Shown one piece after another: positions 9,320 to 19,176 of a stretch of 64,000 bases of DNA (position 1 is its first letter; every line of letters starts with the position of its first letter). The notes beneath the pieces are model-generated. The model ran no database searches. It had not been told where the DNA came from and saw nothing but the letters and a program-made list of their open reading frames with translations. Location: positions 1,908-65,907 of the forward strand of contig JBPPNF010000012.1 of assembly GCA_051306435.1 (NCBI GenBank). Direction: 5' to 3'. The translations under genes and the position numbers were made by a program. The stretch comes from Solirubrobacterales bacterium. Lineage in GTDB: Bacteria; Actinomycetota; Thermoleophilia; Solirubrobacterales; JACPNS01.

Positions 9320-9885
9320 GCTATTCCTTCCATTTCGACATCGGTTCGCCGTACGCCTGGGTTGTCGCCGAGCGCGTCGCCAGCTCGCTCCCCAGCGCCG
9401 AGTGGATCCCCGTGCTCCAGCCCGACGTCGACGACGGCCCGCTCTGGGACGGTGACGAAGACCGCATCATCGAGTACGCCCAGAAGTTCGGCCTGATCCG
9501 CCCGAAGTTCAACGAAGAGCGCATGAACCTGACGATCGCCGACTCGCGCAAGATGGCGCTCGCCGCCACCTATGCGAAGTCGATCGGCCGCACCGTCGCC
9601 TTCTCACTCGCCGCGTTTCGCCAGTGCTTCGGCGCCGCGCGCCCGATCGACCAGGAAGATACGATTCTGCTTGCCGCGGCCGCCTGCGAAATGCATCCGC
9701 GCGCGGTCCTGCAGGCGCTCGAGATGAAGTCGACCGCGGAGTCGCTCGCCGCCGCGGGCGCAACGCTGCGCGAGACGGTCGGTGGACGTACGGAGCTTCC
9801 GGTGCTGACCGGACCAGACGGATTCATCGCCACCGAGAACGACCTCTTCGCCCTCGCGCTGGGCGATTTCGCCGACCTTTCCTGA
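9316..9885 (+). CDS. DsbA-like / 2-hydroxychromene-2-carboxylate isomerase family protein
   Basis: FHFDIGSPYAW N-terminal motif; ATGA overlap with lpdA. Confidence 0.75.
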   Translation: MSYSFHFDIGSPYAWVVAERVASSLPSAEWIPVLQPDVDDGPLWDGDEDRIIEYAQKFGLIRPKFNEERMNLTIADSRKMALAATYAKSIGRTVAFSLAAFRQCFGAARPIDQEDTILLAAAACEMHPRAVLQALEMKSTAESLAAAGATLRETVGGRTELPVLTGPDGFIATENDLFALALGDFADLS

Positions 9886-9921
9886 GCCGTAAAGTGGGCT
9901 GCCGCCCCTGCGGCGGTCAAT

Positions 9922-11223
9922 ATGGTGGATGAGATGGAAGCCGGTGATCCCTCTGCGGCAGGACAGCCCTCGCCGGGCGTGAATCCGGCGGGAGAATCCG
10001 CTGCGCCCCAGCAGCAGCCCGCGCCGCGTTTTCAGCCCGACCACATGTTGCCCGACGCCGAGCGCGGCAAGGCCGTGCTCTACAGAATGCTGCTGATCCG
10101 CCGCTTTGAAGAACGCGCCGGCGAGATGTACGCGCGCGCGAAAATCGGCGGCTTCCTGCACCTCTGCATCGGCGAGGAAGCGACTGTCGTCGGCACCTCC
10201 GCCGCGATGCGTTCAGACGACTACCTGATCAGTACCTACCGCGAGCATGGACAGGTGCTCGCGCGCGGCACTCCGGCCAACGCAGTGATGGCCGAGCTCT
10301 TCGGCCGCGTGACCGGCGTTTCAAAGGGCCGCGGCGGATCGATGCACATGTTCGACGCCGAGCGGCGCTTCATGGGGGGCTACGGAATCGTCGGCGGAAA
10401 CCTCCCGATCGCGGCCGGCCTTGGCCTAGCCGCCGCATACCAGGGCACCGATGACGCGGTCGTCTGCATGCTCGGCGACGGCGCGACCAACCAGGGCACC
10501 TTCGGCGAGACGCTGAACCTCGCCGCGCTCTGGAAGCTGCCGGTCGTCTTCATCATCGTCAACAACCAGTTCGGGATGGGCACCTCGCTCGCGCGCCATT
10601 CGGCGATGACCAACCTCGCCGCCAAGGGCGAAGGCTTCGGCGTGCCCGGGACGCGCTGCGACGGCATGGACGTGCTCGACGTCGAGTCCTGCGTGAAGAA
10701 CGCGCTGGACCTCGCGCGCACCGACCGCCAGCCGGTTCTCATCGAGGCCGTCACGTACCGCTTCCGCGGCCACTCGGTCGCCGACCCCGAGGAGTACCGC
10801 ACCAAGGAAGAAGTCGAGCAGTGGCGCAAGCGCGACCCGATCGTCCAGTTCGCCAACAAGTTGATCCGCGGCGGGGCGATCAACGGTGCCGAAGCCGAGG
10901 CGCTCGACAAGCTGGCGCTGCAGGAAGTCGACGCGGCTGTGACTTTCGCTGACGAGTCGCCATATCCGGCGCTCGATTCGCTCTATGACGATGTCTACGT
11001 GCTCGGCGACCAGCTGCGCGGCTGGTACTCGGTCGACGCGCGCTCGCCCGACACTCAGCGCGGCGAGCACATCGCCGGCGACGGCGAGCTCCAGCGCATC
11101 GCCGAGGCCAGCGCCGCCCACACCGAAGGGTCCGAGTTTGATGAGCAGATCGTGATGCGCGAGGGCGTCGCCCGTGCCGGCGGCGCGCCGCCGCCGCCGC
11201 TCCCGCCGGAAGAGGGGTTCTGA
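9922..11223 (+). CDS. pdhA: Pyruvate dehydrogenase E1 alpha
   Basis: GFLHLCIGEE, STYREHG, GDGATNQG..NN TPP motif, YRFRGHS.ADP. Confidence 0.95.
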   Translation: MVDEMEAGDPSAAGQPSPGVNPAGESAAPQQQPAPRFQPDHMLPDAERGKAVLYRMLLIRRFEERAGEMYARAKIGGFLHLCIGEEATVVGTSAAMRSDDYLISTYREHGQVLARGTPANAVMAELFGRVTGVSKGRGGSMHMFDAERRFMGGYGIVGGNLPIAAGLGLAAAYQGTDDAVVCMLGDGATNQGTFGETLNLAALWKLPVVFIIVNNQFGMGTSLARHSAMTNLAAKGEGFGVPGTRCDGMDVLDVESCVKNALDLARTDRQPVLIEAVTYRFRGHSVADPEEYRTKEEVEQWRKRDPIVQFANKLIRGGAINGAEAEALDKLALQEVDAAVTFADESPYPALDSLYDDVYVLGDQLRGWYSVDARSPDTQRGEHIAGDGELQRIAEASAAHTEGSEFDEQIVMREGVARAGGAPPPPLPPEEGF

Positions 11224-11226
11224 GCA

Positions 11227-12219
11227 GTGCCCGAGATGCGATATCGCGAAGCGCTCAACCTCGCGCTGCGCGAAGAGCTGACCGCCGACCGCAACGTCTT
11301 TCTGATGGGCGAGGACATCGGCGTCTTCAACGGCGCCTTCAAGGTGACCGAAGGCCTGCTCAAGGAGTTCGGCGAAGAGCGCGTGCGCGACACCCCGATC
11401 AGCGAGAACACGATCGTCGGCATGGGGGTGGGCGCGGCGATGGCCGGCCTGCGTCCGGTCATCGAGCTGATGACGATCAACTTCTCGCTGCTGGCGATGG
11501 ATCAGATCATCAACCACATGGCGCCGATCCACTACATGTTCGGCGGTCAGGTCAAGGTGCCGATCGTCGTGCGCATGCCCCAGGGCGCCGGGCACCAGCT
11601 CGCAGCAACGCATTCACACAGCTTCGAGGCCTTCTTCCAGCACGTGCCCGGCCTGCTTGTCGCCACGCCGTCAACGCCGGCTGACGCCAAGGGCCTTCTG
11701 AAGGCCGCGATCCGCGATGACAACCCGGTGATCTTCATCGAGCACGAAACGCTCTACGGGATGAAGGGCGAGGTGCCGTCAGACCCGGCGTTCATCGTGC
11801 CGTTCGGTCAGGCAGCGGTGCGCCGCGAAGGCACCGACGTGACGATCATCGGCATCTCACGCATGGCGGTCACCGCCGAGAAGGCGGCAGAGCAGCTCGC
11901 TGAGCGCGGCGTCTCGGCCGAGGTGATCGACCCGCGCACGTTGCGCCCGCTCGATCTGGACACGATCCTCCGTTCTGTCGAGAAGACGAACCGCGTCGTG
12001 ATCGCCGAGGAAGGCTGGCCGCACGGCGGCGTAGGAGCGAACATGACCGCTCTGATCCAGGAGCAGGCATTCGACTATCTCGACGCCCCGATCCAGCGCG
12101 TCGCCGGGGCAGACGTCCCGATGCCGTACTCCAGACCGCTTGAGCAGGCGGCCTACCCACATGCAGAAAACATTGTCGCCGCAGCGATGGCCACATTCGA
12201 AACAGGGGATCGCGCCTAG
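11227..12219 (+). CDS. pdhB: Pyruvate dehydrogenase E1 beta
   Basis: MGEDIG, DTPISE, AATHSHS, EVIDPRTLRPLD, DVPMPY. Confidence 0.95.
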   Translation: MPEMRYREALNLALREELTADRNVFLMGEDIGVFNGAFKVTEGLLKEFGEERVRDTPISENTIVGMGVGAAMAGLRPVIELMTINFSLLAMDQIINHMAPIHYMFGGQVKVPIVVRMPQGAGHQLAATHSHSFEAFFQHVPGLLVATPSTPADAKGLLKAAIRDDNPVIFIEHETLYGMKGEVPSDPAFIVPFGQAAVRREGTDVTIIGISRMAVTAEKAAEQLAERGVSAEVIDPRTLRPLDLDTILRSVEKTNRVVIAEEGWPHGGVGANMTALIQEQAFDYLDAPIQRVAGADVPMPYSRPLEQAAYPHAENIVAAAMATFETGDRA

Positions 12220-12297
12220 CCCTTGAACTCACCTGCTGTGGGCCTCGTCGTCATCTGCGACGCTGCGCCTACAGGGATCTTCTACAGGTGAATTCTG

Positions 12298-14178
12298 ATG
12301 AGTGACATTGTGATGCCGCGCCTCTCCGACTCGATGGAGGAGGGGACTGTCGTGCGCTGGCTGAAACAACCGGGTGATTTTGTGCACCGCGGCGAACCGC
12401 TGGTCGAGATCGAGACCGACAAAGCGACGCTCAGCTACGAGTCAGACGTCGAGGGAGTGATTACGCACTTCACGGTCGGCGAGGGTCAGACCGTCGCCGT
12501 CGGCACGCCGATCGCGTACATCGAGCCGCAGGTCGCGCAGCCGGGCCAGCCGCCGGCGCAACAGCCGCCGCAGGCTTCATCGCCTCCGCCGCTACCGACG
12601 CCGGGCCCGCCTCCACCGCTTCCGACTCCGGAATCCCAGCCGCCGCAGGCCCCTGTTCCGGCCGCGATGAGCGAGTCGCTCCACGAACAGCCGGTGTACG
12701 GAGAGCCGCCCGGCGAGTACGAGGTCTTTGACGATGCAGGGGTCGAGCCGCCGCAGCCGCCCGAGCATCACGACGTCACCGAGGAGTTCCCGGTCGATGA
12801 CGAGTTCACAGCGACGGCTGAGTACGAGGCCGCGCAGTCGCCTCATGAGATCTACACACAGGAAGCTCACGAGTTCCTGCCTGCGGGCGAGACTCCCGAC
12901 CGGGTGAAGGCTTCGCCGATCGCCCGCCGCCTGGCCAACAAGCTCGGCGTGAACATCGCGTCGATCTCCGGGAGCGGGCCCGGTGGTCGCGTCGTGAAGG
13001 AAGACGTCGAGGCCGCCGCGGACGCAGCCGCTCAGGCGCAGGCAGCGCCGAGCACGCCGACGCAGGCACCTGCGCCGCTCGCGCTTCCGCCCGAGGAGGA
13101 GCAGATCGTCCCGCCGGCCGCGCAGGAGCCGGAGCCGAGTTTCACGCCGATTGAACAGCCCCCGATCGTGCAGCCCCCGATCCAGCCGCCGCCGATCCAG
13201 GAGCCGCCGCTGATCCCGAACTTCCCGCCGCCGCCCGCGCCGACGCCGCAGCAGCCGTATCCGCAGCAGCCCGCCTACGGCCAGCAGCAGGGCTACCCGC
13301 CGCAGCAACAGCCGTACCCGCAGCAGCCCCAGCAACCGCAGCAGCCCTTCCCGGGGCCGCCACCGTTCGTGCAGGGCATGACCGGCAACTTCCCGGCGAT
13401 CCAGCCGCAACAGCCGCAGAACCCGTACCCGCCGCAACAGGCACCGCCGACGCAGCCGCCCGCCCCGGGCGCCGCCGAAACGGCCACCCGCGGCCAGTCA
13501 ACTTCAGTGGACCCGACCAGCGCCCAGCAGACGGTCGCCCGCCGCATGGCCGAATCGAAGGCGACCGCGCCCGAGTTCTTCGTCGAGACCGAAGTCGACA
13601 TGACGACCGCAGTCGCCTACCGCGAGCAGCTGCGCAGCATGGTCAGCCCGCTGCCGTCATTCAACGACTTCGTGATCAAGGCCTCAGCGCAGGCGCTGCG
13701 CCAGTACCCCAACGTCAACGCCGCCTACAAGGACGGGCACTTCGAGCAGTACTCGGACGTGAACATCGGCATGGTCGTCAGCGCCGTGGAACTTCTGGCC
13801 GTGCCGACGCTCTTCAACGTCGACCGGAAGGGCCTCGCCCAGATCGCCGGCGAAGCGCAGCAGCTCGCAGAGGCGGTGCGAACGCGCACGATCAAGCCCT
13901 CGCAGATGTCGGGCGGGACTTTCAGCATCAGCAATCTCGGTATGTACGGGGTGGACCGCTTCACCGCGATCCTCAATCCGCCCCAAGCCGCGATCCTCGC
14001 CGTCGGCGCGATCAACCGCCGCGCGGTGATCGCCGAGGACGGCATGTCGCTGGTGATACGCCAGATCATGAACATGACCCTGACCTGCGACCACCGAATT
14101 CTTTACGGCGCCGAGGCTGCGGAGTTCCTGGGTGCGATCAAGGCCTGGCTGGAGAGCCCCCAGTTGTTGCAGGTCTGA
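12298..14178 (+). CDS. pdhC: Dihydrolipoamide acetyltransferase (E2) with very long Pro/Gln-rich linkers
   Basis: Lipoyl domain EIETDKAT; E3-binding domain ASPIARRLA..GSGPGGRV; catalytic GGTFSISNLG and TCDHRILYG. Confidence 0.93.
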   Translation: MSDIVMPRLSDSMEEGTVVRWLKQPGDFVHRGEPLVEIETDKATLSYESDVEGVITHFTVGEGQTVAVGTPIAYIEPQVAQPGQPPAQQPPQASSPPPLPTPGPPPPLPTPESQPPQAPVPAAMSESLHEQPVYGEPPGEYEVFDDAGVEPPQPPEHHDVTEEFPVDDEFTATAEYEAAQSPHEIYTQEAHEFLPAGETPDRVKASPIARRLANKLGVNIASISGSGPGGRVVKEDVEAAADAAAQAQAAPSTPTQAPAPLALPPEEEQIVPPAAQEPEPSFTPIEQPPIVQPPIQPPPIQEPPLIPNFPPPPAPTPQQPYPQQPAYGQQQGYPPQQQPYPQQPQQPQQPFPGPPPFVQGMTGNFPAIQPQQPQNPYPPQQAPPTQPPAPGAAETATRGQSTSVDPTSAQQTVARRMAESKATAPEFFVETEVDMTTAVAYREQLRSMVSPLPSFNDFVIKASAQALRQYPNVNAAYKDGHFEQYSDVNIGMVVSAVELLAVPTLFNVDRKGLAQIAGEAQQLAEAVRTRTIKPSQMSGGTFSISNLGMYGVDRFTAILNPPQAAILAVGAINRRAVIAEDGMSLVIRQIMNMTLTCDHRILYGAEAAEFLGAIKAWLESPQLLQV

Positions 14179-14183
14179 ACGAT

Positions 14184-14801
14184 CTAGCGACGCTCATCCG
14201 CCAGCTCCGGATGCCACTCCAGAGCCTGCGCCGCATTGGACTTGCCGGGGCCGTGTTTGACAACCACCAACTTGTCGTTCTGAACCTGAGTCACCACGCA
14301 CCAACCGGTCTTCACTGACTCCGGCGTCGGGACGCACGTGCGATACGTGCGCTCACTCATCTTCCATGTGTCTGCGCCACCCAGCTGGCGTCGGTAGATC
14401 GGTGGGGCTTCAAGCTCAACCGTGCGCTTGACGAGTTCAGCGTTCTGGTCGAGCCGCTTGGTCGGCGTGATCACGAGCTCGGTTGAAGCGAGCGTCACCG
14501 CAAGCAGCGCGAGCGATCCAAACGTCAGCAGGGTTCCAGCTGTCCAGCGCTCGGCCACGGCCACGTAGTGCGGGTCGGCTTCGCTCGCTCCGGCGCGACC
14601 GCCGGTCGAGGCAAGGTAGGGCGCCGCCCACGCCGTCAGCACGTAGGCAAGAAACAGGTTGCCGAGCAGCGCGACCAGTAGCGCGACCGGCCAGGCGATA
14701 CTGCCGCTCCCGAACGGGTTGTTGTGCAGCAACCACGCCGAGATGAGAGTGAACACGGCGACGATCGCGGCGACCGGCCGGTTCGAGAACGTCCTTTTCA
14801 T
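14184..14801 (-). CDS. Hypothetical membrane protein
   Basis: Three hydrophobic segments; TAACCT -10 eight nt before ATG. Confidence 0.65.
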   Translation of the reverse strand: MKRTFSNRPVAAIVAVFTLISAWLLHNNPFGSGSIAWPVALLVALLGNLFLAYVLTAWAAPYLASTGGRAGASEADPHYVAVAERWTAGTLLTFGSLALLAVTLASTELVITPTKRLDQNAELVKRTVELEAPPIYRRQLGGADTWKMSERTYRTCVPTPESVKTGWCVVTQVQNDKLVVVKHGPGKSNAAQALEWHPELADERR

Positions 14802-14839
14802 CGACTGACAGGTTAGGCGTCAGGGGTACGATCGAATCC

Positions 14840-15559
14840 ATGCCCGACGCCCGCAACGAACTTTGGACAGTCCGCCTCGGCCTGATCGGCTACGACGAGG
14901 CGCTTGCGCTTCAACACGAAGTTCATGCGGCGCGCGTTCGCGGTGAGATCCCGGACGTCCTGCTCACGCTTGAGCATCCACCGGTCTACACAAAGGGTCG
15001 ACGCAGCAAGCCCGATGAGTTGCCGATGGGCGAGGACTGGTACCGCACCCAGGGCATCGAACTGCGCGACGTCGACCGTGGGGGCAAGGTCACCTACCAC
15101 GGCCCCGGCCAGCTTGTCGCCTATCCGATCGTCAGCACGCAGCCCTTCGGCGGCGATGTGTCCGCGCTCGTGGCCGCCCTCGAGGGCGCGATGATTGACG
15201 CGCTCGCCGGCGAAGCCATCCCCGCGCATCGCGACGAGGCCGGGCGCGGCGTCTGGGCCGGCGAGGGCCCGGCGGCAGGCAAGATCGGTTCGGTCGGTCT
15301 GCGCATCTCTCAGGGCGTCACCACGCACGGTCTGATGGTCAACGTCGACAATGATCTTCAACCGTTCAGCTGGATCCGCCCCTGTGGGCTCGACGACCAG
15401 GCGACCTCAGTCTCGAAGATCACCAAGCGGTCTGGCCAGCTCAGGTGTTTCGAGAAGCGCGTCGCGTTCGCCACTGCCGAGCGCTTCGGCCTGCGCCAGC
15501 GACTCGTCTCACGCGCAAGGCTCGAAGAGCACGTCCACGATCTAGTCTTGGCCTCGTGA
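14840..15559 (+). CDS. lipB: Lipoyl(octanoyl) transferase
   Basis: LEHPPVYTKG, RGGKVTYHGPGQLVAYPI, KIGSVG, HG, PCG. Confidence 0.95.
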   Translation: MPDARNELWTVRLGLIGYDEALALQHEVHAARVRGEIPDVLLTLEHPPVYTKGRRSKPDELPMGEDWYRTQGIELRDVDRGGKVTYHGPGQLVAYPIVSTQPFGGDVSALVAALEGAMIDALAGEAIPAHRDEAGRGVWAGEGPAAGKIGSVGLRISQGVTTHGLMVNVDNDLQPFSWIRPCGLDDQATSVSKITKRSGQLRCFEKRVAFATAERFGLRQRLVSRARLEEHVHDLVLAS

Positions 15560-16620
15560 ATCCTCCAGTCGCAGCGCCGCCCAGCCCGAATACGACAGAG
15601 CGAAAGCACCGCACCCGCTCGCGCGCGAACCCCGGCGGGGTCACGCCCGAGCAGCTCGCCGAGCAACTCGGCGGCGGAGAAGTCCGCCCCTTCCGCGACC
15701 GCAAACCCGAGTGGTTCCGGGTCCATCAGCCGGGTGGACCGAAGTACCGCGAGATTCGTAAGGAGCTCGAGTCCGCCGGCCTGAACACCGTCTGCCAAGA
15801 GGCCAACTGCCCGAACATCGGCGAGTGCTGGGAGCGCGGCACGGCAACCTTCATGATTCTGGGCGACACCTGCACCCGTCGCTGCGGCTTCTGCAACATC
15901 AACACCGGCAAGCCGACCTTCCACGACCCGATCGAGGGTTTCAAGGTTGCCGCGCAGGTCAAAAAGATGGGCCTGAAGTTCGCCGTCATCACCAGCGTCG
16001 ACCGCGATGACCTGCCCGACTACGGTGCCGCAGCGTTCGTTCAGACGATCCGTGCGATCAAGGCGCAGGCACCCGGTTGCCAGATCGAAGTTCTCACGCC
16101 GGACTTCCGTGGCCAGGAGATGCCGCTCGCCAAGGTGATCGCAGCGCGTCCCGAGGTCTTCAACCACAACGTCGAAGTCGTCCCGCGTCTCTACCAGTTC
16201 GCCCGTCGCGGCTCAACCTTCGAGCGCAGTTCACGGGTGCTCAAGAACGCCAAACTGATGGGCGGCGACGAAGTGGCGACCAAGTCCGGCCTGATGCTCG
16301 GCCTCGGCGAGACCAGGGAAGAAGTGATCGAGACCTTCAAGCTCCTGCGCGAGAGCCTCGTGCAGGTGCTCACCGTCGGCCAGTACCTGCGCCCGACGCG
16401 CAACCATCTTCCGGTCGTCCGCTACTGGCACCCCGACGAGTTCAAAGAGCTGGAGGCGGCCGCTTACGAGATCGGTTTCGAGTCGGTGGCCGCCGGCCCG
16501 CTCGTGCGCAGCAGCTACCACGCTGATGAGCACGCGCCGGGCGCGCTCAAGGCGAAGCGCGCGACTTCGGCTCAGGCGCCGGGCGCCAGAACCTGTAACC
16601 CGGCAGTCTCGGCGGCGTGA
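15556..16620 (+). CDS. lipA: Lipoyl synthase (radical SAM)
   Basis: CQEANCPNIGEC, CTRRCGFC, RSSY; GTGA overlap with lipB. Confidence 0.96.
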   Translation: MNPPVAAPPSPNTTERKHRTRSRANPGGVTPEQLAEQLGGGEVRPFRDRKPEWFRVHQPGGPKYREIRKELESAGLNTVCQEANCPNIGECWERGTATFMILGDTCTRRCGFCNINTGKPTFHDPIEGFKVAAQVKKMGLKFAVITSVDRDDLPDYGAAAFVQTIRAIKAQAPGCQIEVLTPDFRGQEMPLAKVIAARPEVFNHNVEVVPRLYQFARRGSTFERSSRVLKNAKLMGGDEVATKSGLMLGLGETREEVIETFKLLRESLVQVLTVGQYLRPTRNHLPVVRYWHPDEFKELEAAAYEIGFESVAAGPLVRSSYHADEHAPGALKAKRATSAQAPGARTCNPAVSAA

Positions 16621-16739
16621 GCCTGACTTCGGTCGTACGTCACAAATTGTTCGTTCCCGGAATCGAGCGCGGTCACGACATGAATCGCGTCCAACGAGCG
16701 AAGCAGTGCCGGCGGCATGGTTCCGGCTGCGATCAACAT
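16572..16739 (-). pseudogene. C-terminal remnant of a VapC PIN toxin (55 codons, absent from the ORF track)
   Basis: Manual translation MLIAAGTMPPALLRSLDAIHVVTALDSGNEQFVTYDRSQAHAAETAGLQVLAPGA matches the actinobacterial VapC C-terminus (LRSLDAIH..FVTYD..A..AG..V.APG); in-frame TGA five codons upstream of the ATG. Confidence 0.75.
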
Positions 16740-16809
16740 TCCCTCGCCCGATCAACTCGTGCGCGGTGAAGTGCGGACTGGCTTCGCTTCGATCGTCTCA
16801 TGCGACCGG

Positions 16810-17373
16810 TCAACCGAGATAGGTGACGAAGCTCGACGAGTCGGCGCGATCCGGCGGCATCGGCGGTGCGCCCTTTGCGCGGCCGAGATGGAGCAACCCG
16901 AGCACGTCTTCTTCCGGTCCGATTCCGAGCGCGTGAGTGCCGGCGTTGTCGCGCAGCACCTCGGGCGTGCGCCAGTAACCCGCGAAGCCGTTCGCGTGCG
17001 CGGCAAGCAGAACGATGTAGGACGCCACAGCGGTCGCCGCGAAGTCCTCAGCCTCGAGCACCGGGTCGGCGTTTCGGACACACGAGACCGCGACCAGCGT
17101 CGGCGCGCGGTCGAGCTTCTTCGCCGCGACTGCCCCGACCAACTGGGCGTCGGCAGCTTCAGGGGCGTGAGCGACCGCCACGTCCGCGGCTGCGGTCTTC
17201 AGCGCGGCGCGGCTGGCCTCGCCCAGTACACGAAAGCGCCACGGCTCGGTGAGCTTGTGATTGGGTGCCCAGCGCGCCGCGTCAAAAAGCGGCTCGAGTT
17301 CGTCAGGAGTGAGCGCCGGACCGGTGAACGCCTTGACTGTACGGCGTCCGACAATTGCTTCAAAGACTTCCAT
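16810..17373 (-). CDS. Nitroreductase family protein (YdjA-like)
   Basis: AIVGRRTVKAF, AARWAPNHKLTEPWRF, GFAGYWRT. Confidence 0.9.
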   Translation of the reverse strand: MEVFEAIVGRRTVKAFTGPALTPDELEPLFDAARWAPNHKLTEPWRFRVLGEASRAALKTAAADVAVAHAPEAADAQLVGAVAAKKLDRAPTLVAVSCVRNADPVLEAEDFAATAVASYIVLLAAHANGFAGYWRTPEVLRDNAGTHALGIGPEEDVLGLLHLGRAKGAPPMPPDRADSSSFVTYLG

Positions 17374-17528
17374 CAACCGGAGATTAATCACAAAGGCCCG
17401 GCTCGCATCATGCGATCCGGGCCTCAACCTGCGTGTGACCGCGTGTGACCTGTCCTTCGTTGAACCCCCCAGGACAAGCTTCTCGGCTCGGCGGAGGGTG
17501 AGGGGCTCAACTGTCTGCTTCGAAGGAC

Positions 17529-18188
17529 TTAAGCTGCTGCAGGCTCCTTGATGTCGCTCGCGTTGCGCGCCTTGCGGACGACGTCCTCGCAGGAACCTTT
17601 CGGGTTCTCGGTGGTTGCGTCGACGATCTTGTCCTTGTGGTCAAGGATCGCGGTGTCGATTCCGGCGCCGCAGTCGATCGTGTCGCCTTCGCCGTCGCGG
17701 GTGCGGAAGACGTCGTCGCCGTCTTCACCGTGAAGTACGTCGCCCCTGAAGTCCGGACGGTTGCGCACGTCGCTGCGTGCGAGCGCCCAGAGGGTGTCGT
17801 TGCCGGCGCCGCCCCAGGACTCGTCGCGTCCCTTGTTGGCGAAGATCGTGTCGTTGCCGGCTCCGCCGTACTGCTTGTCGGCACCGAGGCCGCCGCGCAG
17901 AAGGTCGTCGCCGTCGCCGCCCTGGACCGTGTCGTTTCCGGCGCCGGCGTTGACGGTGTCGTTGCCGGTTCCGGCGTCAACCACGTCTGCCTTGTTTTTG
18001 GCGTTGATCGTGTCGTTGCCACCGTTTCCGTTGATCGTGTCGACGGAGTTGGTGCCCTTCAGGACGTGGCCGATGTCATCGTCGTTGATTGTCGCGGCTG
18101 TCGCGACTGCGGCGAAGACCATCAGCACGGCGAGTGAGCCGGTGAGCAGGCTGAAGATGTTTTTGGAGCGGTTGTGCATCGCAATCAT
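17529..18188 (-). CDS. Secreted Ca2+-binding protein with RTX/hemolysin-type nonapeptide repeats
   Basis: Signal peptide; repeats GNGGND, AGTGND, AGAGND, GGDGDD, GGLGAD, GGAGND, GEDGDD; C-terminal IDCGAG.D..C. Confidence 0.9.
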   Translation of the reverse strand: MIAMHNRSKNIFSLLTGSLAVLMVFAAVATAATINDDDIGHVLKGTNSVDTINGNGGNDTINAKNKADVVDAGTGNDTVNAGAGNDTVQGGDGDDLLRGGLGADKQYGGAGNDTIFANKGRDESWGGAGNDTLWALARSDVRNRPDFRGDVLHGEDGDDVFRTRDGEGDTIDCGAGIDTAILDHKDKIVDATTENPKGSCEDVVRKARNASDIKEPAAA

Positions 18189-18247
18189 TCCCTCGTGAAG
18201 TGGACGTTGTATTGCAGTAACCGATCCCGCGCGCGGGAGTTGCGGTG

Positions 18248-18628
18248 CTACGCGGCGCGCGTCAGACGGATGATCTGATCGAGGTCGCTGCGGCGCGGTT
18301 CGTAGTGACTGAACTCGCGCAGCACGCTTCCCGAATCGTCGATCACTGCGACGCGCGGCGTCGAGTTGATGCGGTATTTGGCGGCCGCCTGCGGCTGCTC
18401 GCCGACGTCGATCGCCTGTACACGCATCGTGTCCTGCTCGAGCGCGTCAAGCCATTGGCGGCAGCCGTGGCAGTACGGACTGGTGAAGACGATCACCTGC
18501 GTGCCGGGCGCAAAGTCGCTGCCGTCGATCTGTTCGATGTGATGGCGCCGACGAATGGCTGCGCGCGCGAACGCACTGAAAACGCTGACAGCGAGAACGA
18601 GGATCGCGAGAAGCAGTGCGCGGTCCAT
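18248..18628 (-). CDS. Membrane-anchored thioredoxin-fold protein
   Basis: N-terminal TM; FTSPYCHGC (CxxC); INSTP cis-Pro loop. Confidence 0.85.
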   Translation of the reverse strand: MDRALLLAILVLAVSVFSAFARAAIRRRHHIEQIDGSDFAPGTQVIVFTSPYCHGCRQWLDALEQDTMRVQAIDVGEQPQAAAKYRINSTPRVAVIDDSGSVLREFSHYEPRRSDLDQIIRLTRAA

Positions 18629-18635
18629 CCGGTGC

Positions 18636-19112
18636 TCAGTGCGCGAGCGCGATGCCGCGAAGGCGCGCCCAGGCTGCGTACATCTCGCAGCCGACGCAGA
18701 TGCCGCTGATCGCCGCCAGCGAGGCGAGCGTCGTGACGATCAGGGAGAGGATCCAACCGGCCGTCGCGAACCCCGCGATGAACAGCACCGTCGCCGTGGT
18801 CGTGAAGATCGCCGCGACGATGTTTGCGAAGCGAGGCGGGCGCGAGTCTTCGATGTGACCCTCGCCGAAGCGCGGCTGGAGCACCTTGAACCAGAAGACG
18901 CAGGGCACGCAGTAGATCCGCCCGAAGGTGATTCCGATGATCAGCTGCAGGGCCATCAGCCCGACGAGCCATTCCTGGTCGAGCAGGAAGGCGAGGCCGG
19001 TGACGATCGCGACCGTCGTCTGGAGCGCGCGGGGTGCGCGCTCGTCGATCACATCGGTGTCCTTGAACGGATCGACGGACGGCGTGTAGCGCTTTTCAAG
19101 ATTCAGAACCAC
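18636..19112 (-). CDS. DUF4395-family membrane protein
   Basis: IDERAPR, DSRPPRFAN..A, LAAISGICVGCEMY; typically adjacent to a thioredoxin. Confidence 0.85.
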   Translation of the reverse strand: MVLNLEKRYTPSVDPFKDTDVIDERAPRALQTTVAIVTGLAFLLDQEWLVGLMALQLIIGITFGRIYCVPCVFWFKVLQPRFGEGHIEDSRPPRFANIVAAIFTTTATVLFIAGFATAGWILSLIVTTLASLAAISGICVGCEMYAAWARLRGIALAH

Positions 19113-19176
19113 AACGGTGATCTTATCGACAATCGCACTGGATATCGGCAGCGCGAACGAGGGATAAGCTCGCCGC

